Assembly (NCBI GenBank): GCA_025964555.1
Contig: JAOPYQ010000009.1
Span: 166,265 to 230,264, forward strand
DNA: 64,000 nucleotides
Direction: 5' to 3'
Source of the DNA: Thermoleophilia bacterium
GTDB taxonomy: Bacteria; Actinomycetota; Thermoleophilia; Gaiellales; SKUG01
Positions 46,950 through 56,061 of this stretch are shown here, piece by piece; position 1 is the stretch's first letter, and every line of letters starts with the position of its first letter. Position numbers and translations under genes: made by a program. The notes beneath the pieces are model-generated. The model worked only from the letters and a program-made list of their open reading frames with translations. It searched no databases and was not told the DNA's origin.

Positions 46950-48086
46950 TCAGGTTCCGGGCTGGCCCGGGGCCATCACCGCGGCGGCGGGCGACGTGCC
47001 CATCGGCGACGTGCCCATCGGCGACGAGCCGACGGGCGACGTGCCCATCGGCGACGTGCCCATCGGCGACGAGCCGACGGTCGACGATCCCGTGATCGGC
47101 TGGCCGGCGAGCTGCGCCGCGCCAGGCAGGCGCTTGCGGCCGCCGGCGACGCCCGGATTCACGGCGGGCGCGGTTCCGAGCACCGGTCGCGCCTGCGACG
47201 TAGTGATGAGCTGCGTGGCAACGGTCGTCGCCAGCTTCGCGCCAGCGAGCACGTCGGTGGGGAAGTGAACTCCCGCGTACACGCGCGCCCACGAGGCTTC
47301 CTGCGCCATGCCCATGAACTCTGCCTTGCGGTCGGGCATGAGGTGGCTCAGCACGAGGCCGGCAGCGAACGCCGCGCTGGTGTGGCCGGACGGGTAGCTC
47401 GGGTTGTTGCCGGGCTTGTCGACGGCGAGCTTGAGGGTCTCGTCGACGGCGAAGGGGCGCTTGCGCAGGTTCGCGGACTTGCCCGTCTGCGTGACGTTGT
47501 TCACCATCATGAGCGCGTCGTGCATGAGCTTCGTCGCCGCGCGCGCCTGGGCCGGACCGACCTTCTTGAGGTAGTCGCCGAGCATGGCGATCCACTCGTC
47601 GGTGAGCCCGTGCTTGGACCAGTACTTCGCGCGTGCGACGCCGGCGTCGGTGCGACCGTCGGCAACCTTGTGGAGGTAGGCGAGCTCCTCCGAGTCGTCC
47701 TTCGGTGCGAACGCCATCTTGAGCAGCGCCCAGTCCGGCACCATCCACCGCTCCGACGGCGTGTGCTCCTTCGCGAACGACACTGCGTCCGTGCGCCCTT
47801 CAGCGACGGCCTGGTCGAGCTTGGCGAGGAACTCCGCGGGAACGATCAGCTTCTCGCCCTCGATCGCGCCCGCCACTGCGCCGGTGGGCGCGGCCGCTGC
47901 CGCCGGGCCGATCCCCGCTGCGAGCGGGTTGGCCAGCGGGTTGGCCAGCGGGTTGTCGAGCGAGGCACCCTCGGGCGCCGCGAGTGCGCCGACGAACGCC
48001 GCCTGCACGTCTGCGGGCGCGGCTGCGGGACCGGGCTGCACGGTGGCGACCGGAATGCGAGTACCAGCGAGGGAAACTGCCGTCAT
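46950..48086 (-). CDS. PAP2 / class A acid phosphatase-like protein
   Basis: K....RKRP, SYPSGH, ARVYAGVHFPTDV. Confidence 0.85.
   Translation of the reverse strand: MTAVSLAGTRIPVATVQPGPAAAPADVQAAFVGALAAPEGASLDNPLANPLANPLAAGIGPAAAAAPTGAVAGAIEGEKLIVPAEFLAKLDQAVAEGRTDAVSFAKEHTPSERWMVPDWALLKMAFAPKDDSEELAYLHKVADGRTDAGVARAKYWSKHGLTDEWIAMLGDYLKKVGPAQARAATKLMHDALMMVNNVTQTGKSANLRKRPFAVDETLKLAVDKPGNNPSYPSGHTSAAFAAGLVLSHLMPDRKAEFMGMAQEASWARVYAGVHFPTDVLAGAKLATTVATQLITTSQARPVLGTAPAVNPGVAGGRKRLPGAAQLAGQPITGSSTVGSSPMGTSPMGTSPVGSSPMGTSPMGTSPAAAVMAPGQPGT
46990..47079 (-). repeat. 15-bp coding tandem repeat (two exact 45-bp copies)
   Basis: Encodes VGSSP-MGTSP-MGTSP twice. Confidence 0.9.
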
Positions 48087-48292
48087 GCCTGCAGGTCGAA
48101 TCCCTGCGCCGCGTCGAACGGCGCCGTGCCCTGCCATGGCCGCGTCGTGCCGCCGCCGTGGCCGGGTCGGGCGCCGACCGCGCTCGACTGTCGCAGCTCA
48201 CCTCCAAGTGCTGGGGGTACGTCGCGACGCTTGCCAGGACCGGTCGGAAGCGTTGCAGTCCACCTCCACATGCTGGAGGCGCGCTGCGTCGG

Positions 48293-49549
48293 TCAGTCGC
48301 CGCCGAGCAGACCGAAGTCCGGCAGCTGCAGTGCGCCGGCTCCCGACGGGCCGGGGCCGACCATCGCCGGGTTGCCGCCCTGCTCGAGCAGGAACTTGGT
48401 GACGTTCTGCGACCAGTGCGAGTTGAGTCCGGTCGGGTCGTTGGCTGCACCGACGGGGCAGTACTTCTGCTGGATGAGCGACACGCTCGTGCGCCCCTCG
48501 TCGAGGTAGTACCCGCGCAGGCCCTCGGTGACGGTGTCGATGCCGTCGGCCCACGTGGCGAAGTCCGCAGGATCGTTCGGGCACGCCCACCCCCACGCGT
48601 TGTTGGGTCCGCACGTGACCTGACCGAAGCTCGACTCCGCGCCCGAGATCGCGACGAGCAGTCGCGGGTCGACGCGCCAGCGGATCGCGCTCGCCATGAA
48701 CGCCGCTCCCTGTCCGGTCATCGGCGACCCCTTGCTCGCCAGGTACGCATCGATGCCTGCCGCCGTCGGCGGACCCGATGCAGCGACGAACGGCGAGCTG
48801 GAGACCAGCGCACCCGGCGCTCCACCCGTCGAGGCGGCCAAGGATCCCGCCAACGACGCCGTCGCCGCTGCTGCCGCGCGCTCCTTGTCGATGCGTCGCT
48901 GCTCAGCCTCCGCCTGCTGCTGCTCGCGTGCCTCGGCGTGCGCCGATCGGATGGCGTCGCGTCGCTGCTGCTCGGAGCGCAGGTCCACCAGCTGTGACTG
49001 GATGTAGGAGAGCTTCGTGATGAGCCGAGCGCGCTCGACCGCGGACACGTCCAGGTTCACCTCGGCGGTGTCGAGCGAGTCGACGAGGCTGAGGTGGTAG
49101 GAGCCGACTGCGTCGGCCACGCGAGCCCGGTCGGCTGCCTCCGACAGGCTCCCAGCCGACAGCACCTGCGTGATCACGTCGCCGCCGACGCTGCCCTGCT
49201 TGTAGCTCTCGGCCATGAACTCACCGAGCATCCGCCGGGCGACGTCGCGCTCGCGCACGATCGCGTCGCGGCGAAAGTCGGAGCGCAGCATGCGTTCGCC
49301 GATCGCGGTCGCCTCGGTCTCGATCGTGGTGACCTGCCGGTTCAGCTCAGCGTCGCTCATCGCCCGCAGCTCGGCGTCGCGCTGCTTGGTCATCGTGGCG
49401 GCGTTCGCGGTCGAGCCGCTCATGGCGAGCGTCGATCCGAGCGCCAGCAGCAGCGCCACGGCCAGCACGAGCGCACACCCGGTCGCCGCGAGCACCGAGC
49501 GGCCGGTGATCGCGCGTCGGTCGAACTGCTCGCGCGCGTGGAACTCCAT
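48293..49549 (-). CDS. Secreted coiled-coil peptidoglycan hydrolase (glucosaminidase/lysozyme-like domain)
   Basis: Signal/TM; PcsB-like coiled coil; VDPRLLVAISGAESSFG..NNAWGW. Confidence 0.75.
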   Translation of the reverse strand: MEFHAREQFDRRAITGRSVLAATGCALVLAVALLLALGSTLAMSGSTANAATMTKQRDAELRAMSDAELNRQVTTIETEATAIGERMLRSDFRRDAIVRERDVARRMLGEFMAESYKQGSVGGDVITQVLSAGSLSEAADRARVADAVGSYHLSLVDSLDTAEVNLDVSAVERARLITKLSYIQSQLVDLRSEQQRRDAIRSAHAEAREQQQAEAEQRRIDKERAAAAATASLAGSLAASTGGAPGALVSSSPFVAASGPPTAAGIDAYLASKGSPMTGQGAAFMASAIRWRVDPRLLVAISGAESSFGQVTCGPNNAWGWACPNDPADFATWADGIDTVTEGLRGYYLDEGRTSVSLIQQKYCPVGAANDPTGLNSHWSQNVTKFLLEQGGNPAMVGPGPSGAGALQLPDFGLLGGD

Positions 49550-49557
49550 CGCTCGCG

Positions 49558-49584
49558 AGATCGGCAGCCCCCTGCTCGACGTGA
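49558..49584 (-). promoter_or_regulatory. Sigma28/WhiG-like promoter
   Basis: TCACG-N14-GCCGATCT, ATG 8 nt downstream. Confidence 0.5.
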
Positions 49585-49735
49585 ATCGGTCGGATCGTGC
49601 GGCGCAACGTGCAAGCGGGGGTCAGCATCGGCGCTGCGTCGCGAATCCCGATCGACGCCCGAATCGGCGCCTGACATGGACGAATCCCTCGCATCCATGG
49701 CGAACACCCCGATCGGGGCCCCTTCGAGCCAGTTG

Positions 49736-49797
49736 TAGTTGCGCGATCAACCTTCTCCGACTACAGTCAGGGAGACACGTAGTTGCGCACGCAACCA
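49736..49797. promoter_or_regulatory. Two MarR-type palindromic operators
   Basis: TAGTTG-N6-CAACCT (49736-49753) and TAGTTG-N6-CAACCA (49780-49797) upstream of yceI. Confidence 0.6.
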
Positions 49798-49820
49798 ATA
49801 CCCTCGAAAAGGAACACCAC

Positions 49821-50369
49821 ATGACCACAGCAACCGCACCCTCGATCGTCGCCGGCACCTACGCAGCCGACCCGGTCCACTCCGTCGTGAACTTCAAGGT
49901 GCGCCACTTCGGCATCACCTGGCTGCGTGGCGGCTTCTCCAACTTCGACATCAAGCTCGTCGCCGGCGAGGACGGCGCACTCACGCTCGAGGGCTCGACC
50001 CCGGTCCAGGACATCGAGTTCCCGAACGAGCAGCTGCACGGGCACCTCATGAGCCCCGACTTCTTCGACGCCGAGCTGCACCCCACGCTCTCGTTCACGT
50101 CGCAGGACGTCACGCTCGCCGAAGGTGGCGAGGCGACCGTCGTCGGTGAGCTGACGATGCGCGGCACGACCAAGCCGGTGACCCTCGCGGGCACCTGGAG
50201 CGGTCCGGTCGAGGACATGGGCGGCGCACAGCGCATCGGCCTGGAACTCGCGGGCGAGGTCGATCGCAACGACTTCGGCATCGCATGGGCAGCCAAGCTG
50301 GCTGGTGGTCAGGACGTGCTCGGTCGAACCGTGCGCATCGAGGGTGAGTTCGAGCTGGCACGCATCTGA
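49821..50369 (+). CDS. yceI: YceI family protein
   Basis: DPVHS..F.VRH, HL.SPDFFD, G.LT.RG.TK.V. Confidence 0.9.
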   Translation: MTTATAPSIVAGTYAADPVHSVVNFKVRHFGITWLRGGFSNFDIKLVAGEDGALTLEGSTPVQDIEFPNEQLHGHLMSPDFFDAELHPTLSFTSQDVTLAEGGEATVVGELTMRGTTKPVTLAGTWSGPVEDMGGAQRIGLELAGEVDRNDFGIAWAAKLAGGQDVLGRTVRIEGEFELARI

Positions 50370-51010
50370 TGACCACCCACGCTCCCATTCGTATCCTGGG
50401 AGTCGCGGGGAGCCTGCGCGAGGCGTCGATCAATCGACGCCTCGCCAGGCTTGCCGGCCGGCTCGTTCCAGACGGCGTCGAGTACGTCGAGTTTGACGGC
50501 CTGAGCGCAGTCGAGCCCTACGACGAGGACGTCGAAGCCGACGGCTTCCCCGAAGGCGCCGCGCGCTTCGCCGCAGCGATCCGCGACGCCGATGGCGTCT
50601 TCATCGCCACCCCCGAGTACAACGGGTCGATCCCCGGCCAACTCAAGAACGCGCTCGACTGGGCCTCGCGCTCCGACGGCGCACGCGACGCGGTGAGCGG
50701 CCTGCAGGCAAGCCCGCTCTACGGGGTTCCGGTCGCGGTCGCGAGCGCCAGCAACGGCCAGTTCGGCGCGGTCTGGGCCCGTGACGAACTCGTGAAGGTC
50801 CTGCGCACCCAGGGTGCGCGCCCGATCAGCGAGCCGAGCGTCACCATCCCCGCGGGCGACCTCGCTTTCACCGACGACGGCACGCTCGCGAACGCAGAAG
50901 CGAACGAGCGCGTCCGCGAACTGCTCGACGAACTCGTGGCGATGGTCGTCATGCTGCGCGAGGCCCGCGCGAAGGCTGCGAACGCGAGCGCGACTGCTGC
51001 TGCATCCTGA
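50369..51010 (+). CDS. NADPH-dependent FMN reductase
   Basis: GSLR..S.N, TPEYNGSIPG.LKNALDW. Confidence 0.9.
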   Translation: MTTHAPIRILGVAGSLREASINRRLARLAGRLVPDGVEYVEFDGLSAVEPYDEDVEADGFPEGAARFAAAIRDADGVFIATPEYNGSIPGQLKNALDWASRSDGARDAVSGLQASPLYGVPVAVASASNGQFGAVWARDELVKVLRTQGARPISEPSVTIPAGDLAFTDDGTLANAEANERVRELLDELVAMVVMLREARAKAANASATAAAS

Positions 51011-51028
51011 TCTGCCGGACCTGCGACA

Positions 51029-51580
51029 ATGCAGGGCATGCCGATCGTCTCCACCAACGCCGAGCGCGAAGACAACACGCCGGCGGTCGTCCCCCGCGGC
51101 CTCGATTCCCTGATGATCGTGCGCGGCACGTCCGCACACGTGCCGTACCTGCGGCGCCTCAAGGAAAACGTGATGCGCGACCGCTACCGCCCCGCACCCG
51201 ACGAGGACGGGTTCGAACGGTGGCGCGAGGTGTACTGCACCGACGCGTACTTCAACGACATCATCGACGACGGCGAGGCCATGCTCCTGTGCATCGGCAC
51301 GCTTCGTGATCCGGTCGGGATGGTCGTGCTGCGTCGCTCCGACGACCACCTGGAGATCGACGACCTGCTCGTGTCCGCACCGCGCCAGGGCGACGGTGCG
51401 CGCCTGCTCATCGCGGCGCTGCGCTACGCCGACGTGTGGCGCATCAAGGACGTGCACATCGACGTGTATCCGGGCCACGACGGCGCGGAGGCATTCCTCA
51501 TGGAACACGGCTTCAAGATGGAGCGCGAGACCGAGAACGACCTCGGCCGCCCCATGAAGCGCTTCGAGCGCGCGGTCTAG
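51029..51580 (+). CDS. GNAT family acetyltransferase
   Basis: L.V...RQGDG.RL, A..F...GF. Confidence 0.7.
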   Translation: MQGMPIVSTNAEREDNTPAVVPRGLDSLMIVRGTSAHVPYLRRLKENVMRDRYRPAPDEDGFERWREVYCTDAYFNDIIDDGEAMLLCIGTLRDPVGMVVLRRSDDHLEIDDLLVSAPRQGDGARLLIAALRYADVWRIKDVHIDVYPGHDGAEAFLMEHGFKMERETENDLGRPMKRFERAV

Positions 51581-51703
51581 CTCCCCCCCATGACTCCAGC
51601 CGACGCGATCGGCTGAAACCGCAGCGCCGCCTCGCCCGACGTACTGGAGAGCCAGTGCGCCGGGGACGCGCACTGCAGGGGACTCAGGGGACGCACAGCC
51701 ACC

Positions 51704-52765
51704 ATGTCTTCGATGGATGCCGCAGCCAGGTCGATCGTCACGCGCGCCGAACAGGCCGTCCACGCAGGCGTGGACCTCACCGACGACTGGCACGCGCTCC
51801 TGCTCGACCGCCGACTCGGCAAGGCTGGCCCCTTCCAGAACGTGATCGACCAGCAGCTGCGCTTCAGGATCGTGGGCGACGGCCCGTTCCTCGAGCGGCT
51901 CGTGGTCGCCGACTCCCCGATCGCGCACACGGTGATCGGCCGCCCCGAGGTGCAGAAGGCGATCCGAGGAGCGATGGCGACGATCGATGCCGCCAAGGGC
52001 GCCAAGCAGCTCGAAGGCATCACCTTCTCCTACGACGAGGCCGGGTTCATCGCCAACCGCGCCGTGCAGGCGATGGTCGGCACGGCGGCGACCGTCGACA
52101 ACTTCCAGCAGGCGGTCGGCACCGCGACAACGCACGTGCTCGGCTTCCACGCGGTGCGCGCCGGCAACTGGATCCACATGGGGCCGGAGAAGAGCCGACC
52201 GTTCGTCGAGTTCTTCCGCGGCAGCACCACGCCCGAGACGCGCGAGGGGCTCGGCCGCTCGATCAAGACCCTGCTGCACGAGATCGCGCACATCGTGACG
52301 CCGCGCGGCAAGGACGAGAAGCACCTGCGCTGGCTGAGCGAGGGCGTCGCCGAGACGTGGGCTCGCTGGCCCGGCAACATCAACGCCGCCGCGAAGCGCA
52401 TGGGCGCACCCGCCCTCGCGGACTTCCACAAGGTCATCGACGCCGAGAACGAGAAGTACCCCGACCAGGCGAAGGTCCTCAGGACCCTGCTGCAGCTTGC
52501 AGGCGTCGACACGAACGACCCGAAGCAGCTGGCGACGTTCGAGGAGCTGTGCCAGACCGTCGGCGTGTCCGACATCCCGATGATCCTCGCGAGGCGCATC
52601 GACGAGCGTTTCCCGGGGATCTCGCGCACCGAGGTCCACAAGCTCATCATGAGCCTGTCCCCGAACGAGACGGACGTCGTGGTCGCGCCCGTCGAGGACC
52701 TCGCGAAGCGGGCCCGACAGCAGATCGTGCTGCCGCGCACGAACTCGGACGTGCAGCTCCCATAG
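51704..52765 (+). CDS. Gluzincin-like zinc metallopeptidase
   Basis: LLHEIAH ... WLSEGVAE; no signal peptide. Confidence 0.65.
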   Translation: MSSMDAAARSIVTRAEQAVHAGVDLTDDWHALLLDRRLGKAGPFQNVIDQQLRFRIVGDGPFLERLVVADSPIAHTVIGRPEVQKAIRGAMATIDAAKGAKQLEGITFSYDEAGFIANRAVQAMVGTAATVDNFQQAVGTATTHVLGFHAVRAGNWIHMGPEKSRPFVEFFRGSTTPETREGLGRSIKTLLHEIAHIVTPRGKDEKHLRWLSEGVAETWARWPGNINAAAKRMGAPALADFHKVIDAENEKYPDQAKVLRTLLQLAGVDTNDPKQLATFEELCQTVGVSDIPMILARRIDERFPGISRTEVHKLIMSLSPNETDVVVAPVEDLAKRARQQIVLPRTNSDVQLP

Positions 52766-52858
52766 TCTCGTGCCGCGCGCAGGTTTTGCGGCGCGGGCGC
52801 GGGACACCCTTCCTCGGACACGTCCCGATCGGGGCGACACCCACGGAAGGAACTCCGA

Positions 52859-53314
52859 ATGAACGTCCAGGACACGCTCGTGCGCGACGTGATGCACAAG
52901 GGCTGTACGTGCGTGAAGCACGACGCAACGCTGGTCGAGGCGGCCAAGCAGATGAGCGAGGAGTGCGTGGGAGCGCTGCCGATCTGTGGGCCCGACGACA
53001 AGCTCATCGGCATGCTGACCGACCGCGACATCGTCGTGCACTGCATCGCCGCCGACAAGGACCCCAGCACCTGCACCGCGGGCGAGCTCGCGAGCGGGCG
53101 CGTGATCTGGGTGAACGAGGACGCACCGATCCAGGAGGCGCTGGATGAGATGGAGACGCACCTGATCCGCCGCATCCCGGTGATCGATTCCGAGCGCCAG
53201 CTGTGCGGCATCATCGCGCAGGCCGACATCGCGATGCACCTGGACGGTGCCAAGACGGCGGAGCTCGTCGAGGTGATCTCCAAGGCCGAGCCGCGCCAGT
53301 CGCTGGCTTTCTAG
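52859..53314 (+). CDS. CBS-domain protein (Hrp1-like)
   Basis: VRDVM, VGALPICG, GMLTDRDIV, IRRIPV, ADIA. Confidence 0.9.
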   Translation: MNVQDTLVRDVMHKGCTCVKHDATLVEAAKQMSEECVGALPICGPDDKLIGMLTDRDIVVHCIAADKDPSTCTAGELASGRVIWVNEDAPIQEALDEMETHLIRRIPVIDSERQLCGIIAQADIAMHLDGAKTAELVEVISKAEPRQSLAF

Positions 53315-53383
53315 GCGCAGTCATTCCGCGTCGGCTCCTGCGGAGTCGAACCCGAATGACCGCCTGACGCGTAGGTGTCCGTG

Positions 53384-53908
53384 ATGACGGACGTGACGAT
53401 CACGCGAACTCCCGGCGGCCGCGGCACGGTGCTGCGCGCCAGCACCACGGTGCCGTGGCCGCTCGTGGAGACGTTCGCGTTCTTCGCCGATGCGCGCAAC
53501 CTCGAGCGCATCACGCCGCCCTCGCTCCGCTTTCGGATCGTCTCCGACGTCGGGGACGGGGCGACGAGCGCGGGGATGCTCATCGACTACCGACTGCGCC
53601 TGCGCGGCGTGCCGATCGGCTGGCGCACACGCATCACGCGCTTCGATGCGCCGCACTCGTTCGTCGACGAACAGCTGCGTGGGCCGTACCGACTCTGGCG
53701 CCACGAGCACACGTTCGCCGCCGACGGACCCGATCGCACGCGGTTGCTCGACACCGTCGAGTTCGTGCCACGGGGTGGCGCACTGCTCGCGCCGATCGTC
53801 GATCGCCTGTTCGTCGCGCGCGAGGTGCGTGGCATCTTCGAATGGCGCGCGCAAGCGCTCAAAGAGCTGCTGCCGCCTCGGATTTCGGGCGACCGACGTA
53901 CCGGGTGA
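53384..53908 (+). CDS. SRPBCC family protein
   Basis: FF.DARNLERITPP, FVDEQLRGPY..WRHEH.F. Confidence 0.85.
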   Translation: MTDVTITRTPGGRGTVLRASTTVPWPLVETFAFFADARNLERITPPSLRFRIVSDVGDGATSAGMLIDYRLRLRGVPIGWRTRITRFDAPHSFVDEQLRGPYRLWRHEHTFAADGPDRTRLLDTVEFVPRGGALLAPIVDRLFVAREVRGIFEWRAQALKELLPPRISGDRRTG

Positions 53909-53989
53909 CGACCGGATCGGGGCGAGCACGGCCACGGAGTCGTCCGCGTGCGGCCGTGACGATCCCGGCTCGCGGCGCGAGGTCAGGGC

Positions 53990-54961
53990 ATGCTCCTTGC
54001 ATCCCCCAGCGCGGCAGGCCCGACGACCGTCCCCCTTCGGGCATCCGTGCCGGGCGCCACGGTGTCCGGCGGCGGTCTGGTTCCAATGCTGCTGCTCGGC
54101 GCCGGCGCGCTCGGACTCGGCGCCGCGCTCAAGGTCGTGTCGAGCGACGAGCACAAGTTCGACGGTGGCGAGACCTGGATCAGCCAGGGCGGCACGCCGC
54201 ACGGATCGCTGCGTGGGCAGTGGCTCGGAAAGCGCAACGTCGCGATGTGGGGCGTGAAGAACCTGCTCAACCCGGCGCGGACCCGCTGGGTGCTCACGAC
54301 GCAGAAGGCCGAAGGCGACGCACGCACGTGGGAGAACCGCCTCTTCCACGGCGGGGAGATCCATTTCGGGAAGAAGCCGCGCATCGGCTACGACAACGGC
54401 CCGGATGCGTTCCGACACACGTACGCGTCGGCGTCGATCGTGTACCGGCTCATGCGCGAGCGCGGCGCGGACGCGAAGCAGGCCGCGACCTTCCTGCACG
54501 GCGCCGGCAACGCCCACGAACGCGATTCGTGGCTGCACACCTTCAACCAGAAGCACGGCGTGTACTCGAGCGAGATGGACGTGCACAACAACCTGCTCGG
54601 CCAGCGCCTCGGTGCCGAGCAGGCTGCGCGCGATGCCGCGGCGGGCGTGGACATCGCCACGGGCGAGGCGCAGCTGCGCGCCCGCGTGCTCGATTCGATC
54701 GGCGCTGGGCAGGCCGTCGTGATGGATCGCATCGACGCGGCACCGCGCGCCGCGACGTGGTCCGACATCGCCGAGGTCGTGGGCGACGGACGCACACCGC
54801 TGCGCGATGCTGCGGGCGCGCCGAAGCTGCGCGTGCACGTGCCGGACGCGCCGGGCTTCCCGATGCCGATCGCCAACGGGAAGATCGACATGTCGCTGCC
54901 GTACGCCAAGCTCGGCCCGGCCGAGCTCACGATCGCGCGCGACGAGGTCCCCCAGGCGTAG
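53990..54961 (+). CDS. DAFRH-motif (DUF6973-like) membrane-associated protein
   Basis: GPDAFRHTY...AHE...MDVHNN..G; paralog of 43878-44795. Confidence 0.7.
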   Translation: MLLASPSAAGPTTVPLRASVPGATVSGGGLVPMLLLGAGALGLGAALKVVSSDEHKFDGGETWISQGGTPHGSLRGQWLGKRNVAMWGVKNLLNPARTRWVLTTQKAEGDARTWENRLFHGGEIHFGKKPRIGYDNGPDAFRHTYASASIVYRLMRERGADAKQAATFLHGAGNAHERDSWLHTFNQKHGVYSSEMDVHNNLLGQRLGAEQAARDAAAGVDIATGEAQLRARVLDSIGAGQAVVMDRIDAAPRAATWSDIAEVVGDGRTPLRDAAGAPKLRVHVPDAPGFPMPIANGKIDMSLPYAKLGPAELTIARDEVPQA

Positions 54962-55004
54962 GTCGTCGATCTCGCGTCCTGTCGGGCACGCGTAGGCTCG
55001 CCGC

Positions 55005-55520
55005 ATGCCGACCCCCGCCCACATCCTGGAGCTGCGAGCCCTCATCGGGACGCAGCTGCTGCTCGTGCCGTCAGTGACGGCGGCCATCTTCGAGACGGAT
55101 GCTGCAGGCGGCGCCGGTCACGAGCCTCGGTTGCTCGTGGTGCGCATCACCGCGCGCGATGACGAGTTCTGGACGTTCCCGGGCGGCCTGCTCGAGCCCG
55201 ACGAACGTCCCCGCGAGGGCGTGGTGCGCGAAGCGCTCGAGGAGACCGGCCTCGAGGTCTGCGTGAGCCGCGTGCTCGACACGTTCGGTGGACCCGAGTT
55301 CCGCCACGTGCACGCGAACGGCGACGAGACCGCGTACGTGATGACGACGTACCTGTGCGATGTGGTCGGCGGCGAGCTGCTCGTCGACGGCGAAGGTGAC
55401 GAAATCGCGGCTGCTCGCTGGGTGACGCGCGACGAGGCGCTCGCGCTGCCGAGCGGTCCGTGGTTTCCGATCGTCGTACGTGCGGCGTTCGATGCGCATG
55501 CCGCCAGCGACAGCGACTGA
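55005..55520 (+). CDS. NUDIX hydrolase
   Basis: GGLLEPDE......REALEETGL Nudix box. Confidence 0.9.
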   Translation: MPTPAHILELRALIGTQLLLVPSVTAAIFETDAAGGAGHEPRLLVVRITARDDEFWTFPGGLLEPDERPREGVVREALEETGLEVCVSRVLDTFGGPEFRHVHANGDETAYVMTTYLCDVVGGELLVDGEGDEIAAARWVTRDEALALPSGPWFPIVVRAAFDAHAASDSD

Positions 55521-55554
55521 CATCGCGACCCACGAACTGCCGCCCCGAGTGATG

Positions 55555-56061
55555 TCAGCCAGGCACGAGCTCGACGTCCGCGGGCTGCGGGGCGCGACGC
55601 ACGACGCCGCCCACGATGCGATAGGTGCCCATCGAGCGAAGCGGTGGCGAATACACGTGGATCGACACGGCAGGCGCGGCGGTGCCGCCCGGGTGCCGCA
55701 TGCGATGGACGTGCGATGCGTCGAAGGAGACGACCTCGCCCGTGTTGAGCGTGCGCCCGATCGATCCGGTCACGATCGGGACGTCCTCGATGATCTCGCC
55801 CTGGACGATGGCGACGGCAGCGTTCGAGACGTCGTGGTCGTGGAATCCGGTGTCGTGGTCGGCGCCCGTCCAGCTGATCACCCAGGCATCGACGCCGGGG
55901 CCGACGTCGATGCGGGCGCTGGTCCGCTGGCGCGGATCGTGGCGCACGAGGGGGCGCCAGCTGTCGGGGCGCATCGCGATCGTGCGCACGAGCGCTTCGA
56001 GCTCGGCCGGTGTGAGGGTGGCATCGGGCGATGCGTCGGGTGTGGAATCGGACGTCGTCAT
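55555..56061 (-). CDS. Cysteine dioxygenase-family cupin
   Basis: W......TGFHDH, HVHRM, SIHVYSPPL. Confidence 0.85.
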   Translation of the reverse strand: MTTSDSTPDASPDATLTPAELEALVRTIAMRPDSWRPLVRHDPRQRTSARIDVGPGVDAWVISWTGADHDTGFHDHDVSNAAVAIVQGEIIEDVPIVTGSIGRTLNTGEVVSFDASHVHRMRHPGGTAAPAVSIHVYSPPLRSMGTYRIVGGVVRRAPQPADVELVPG

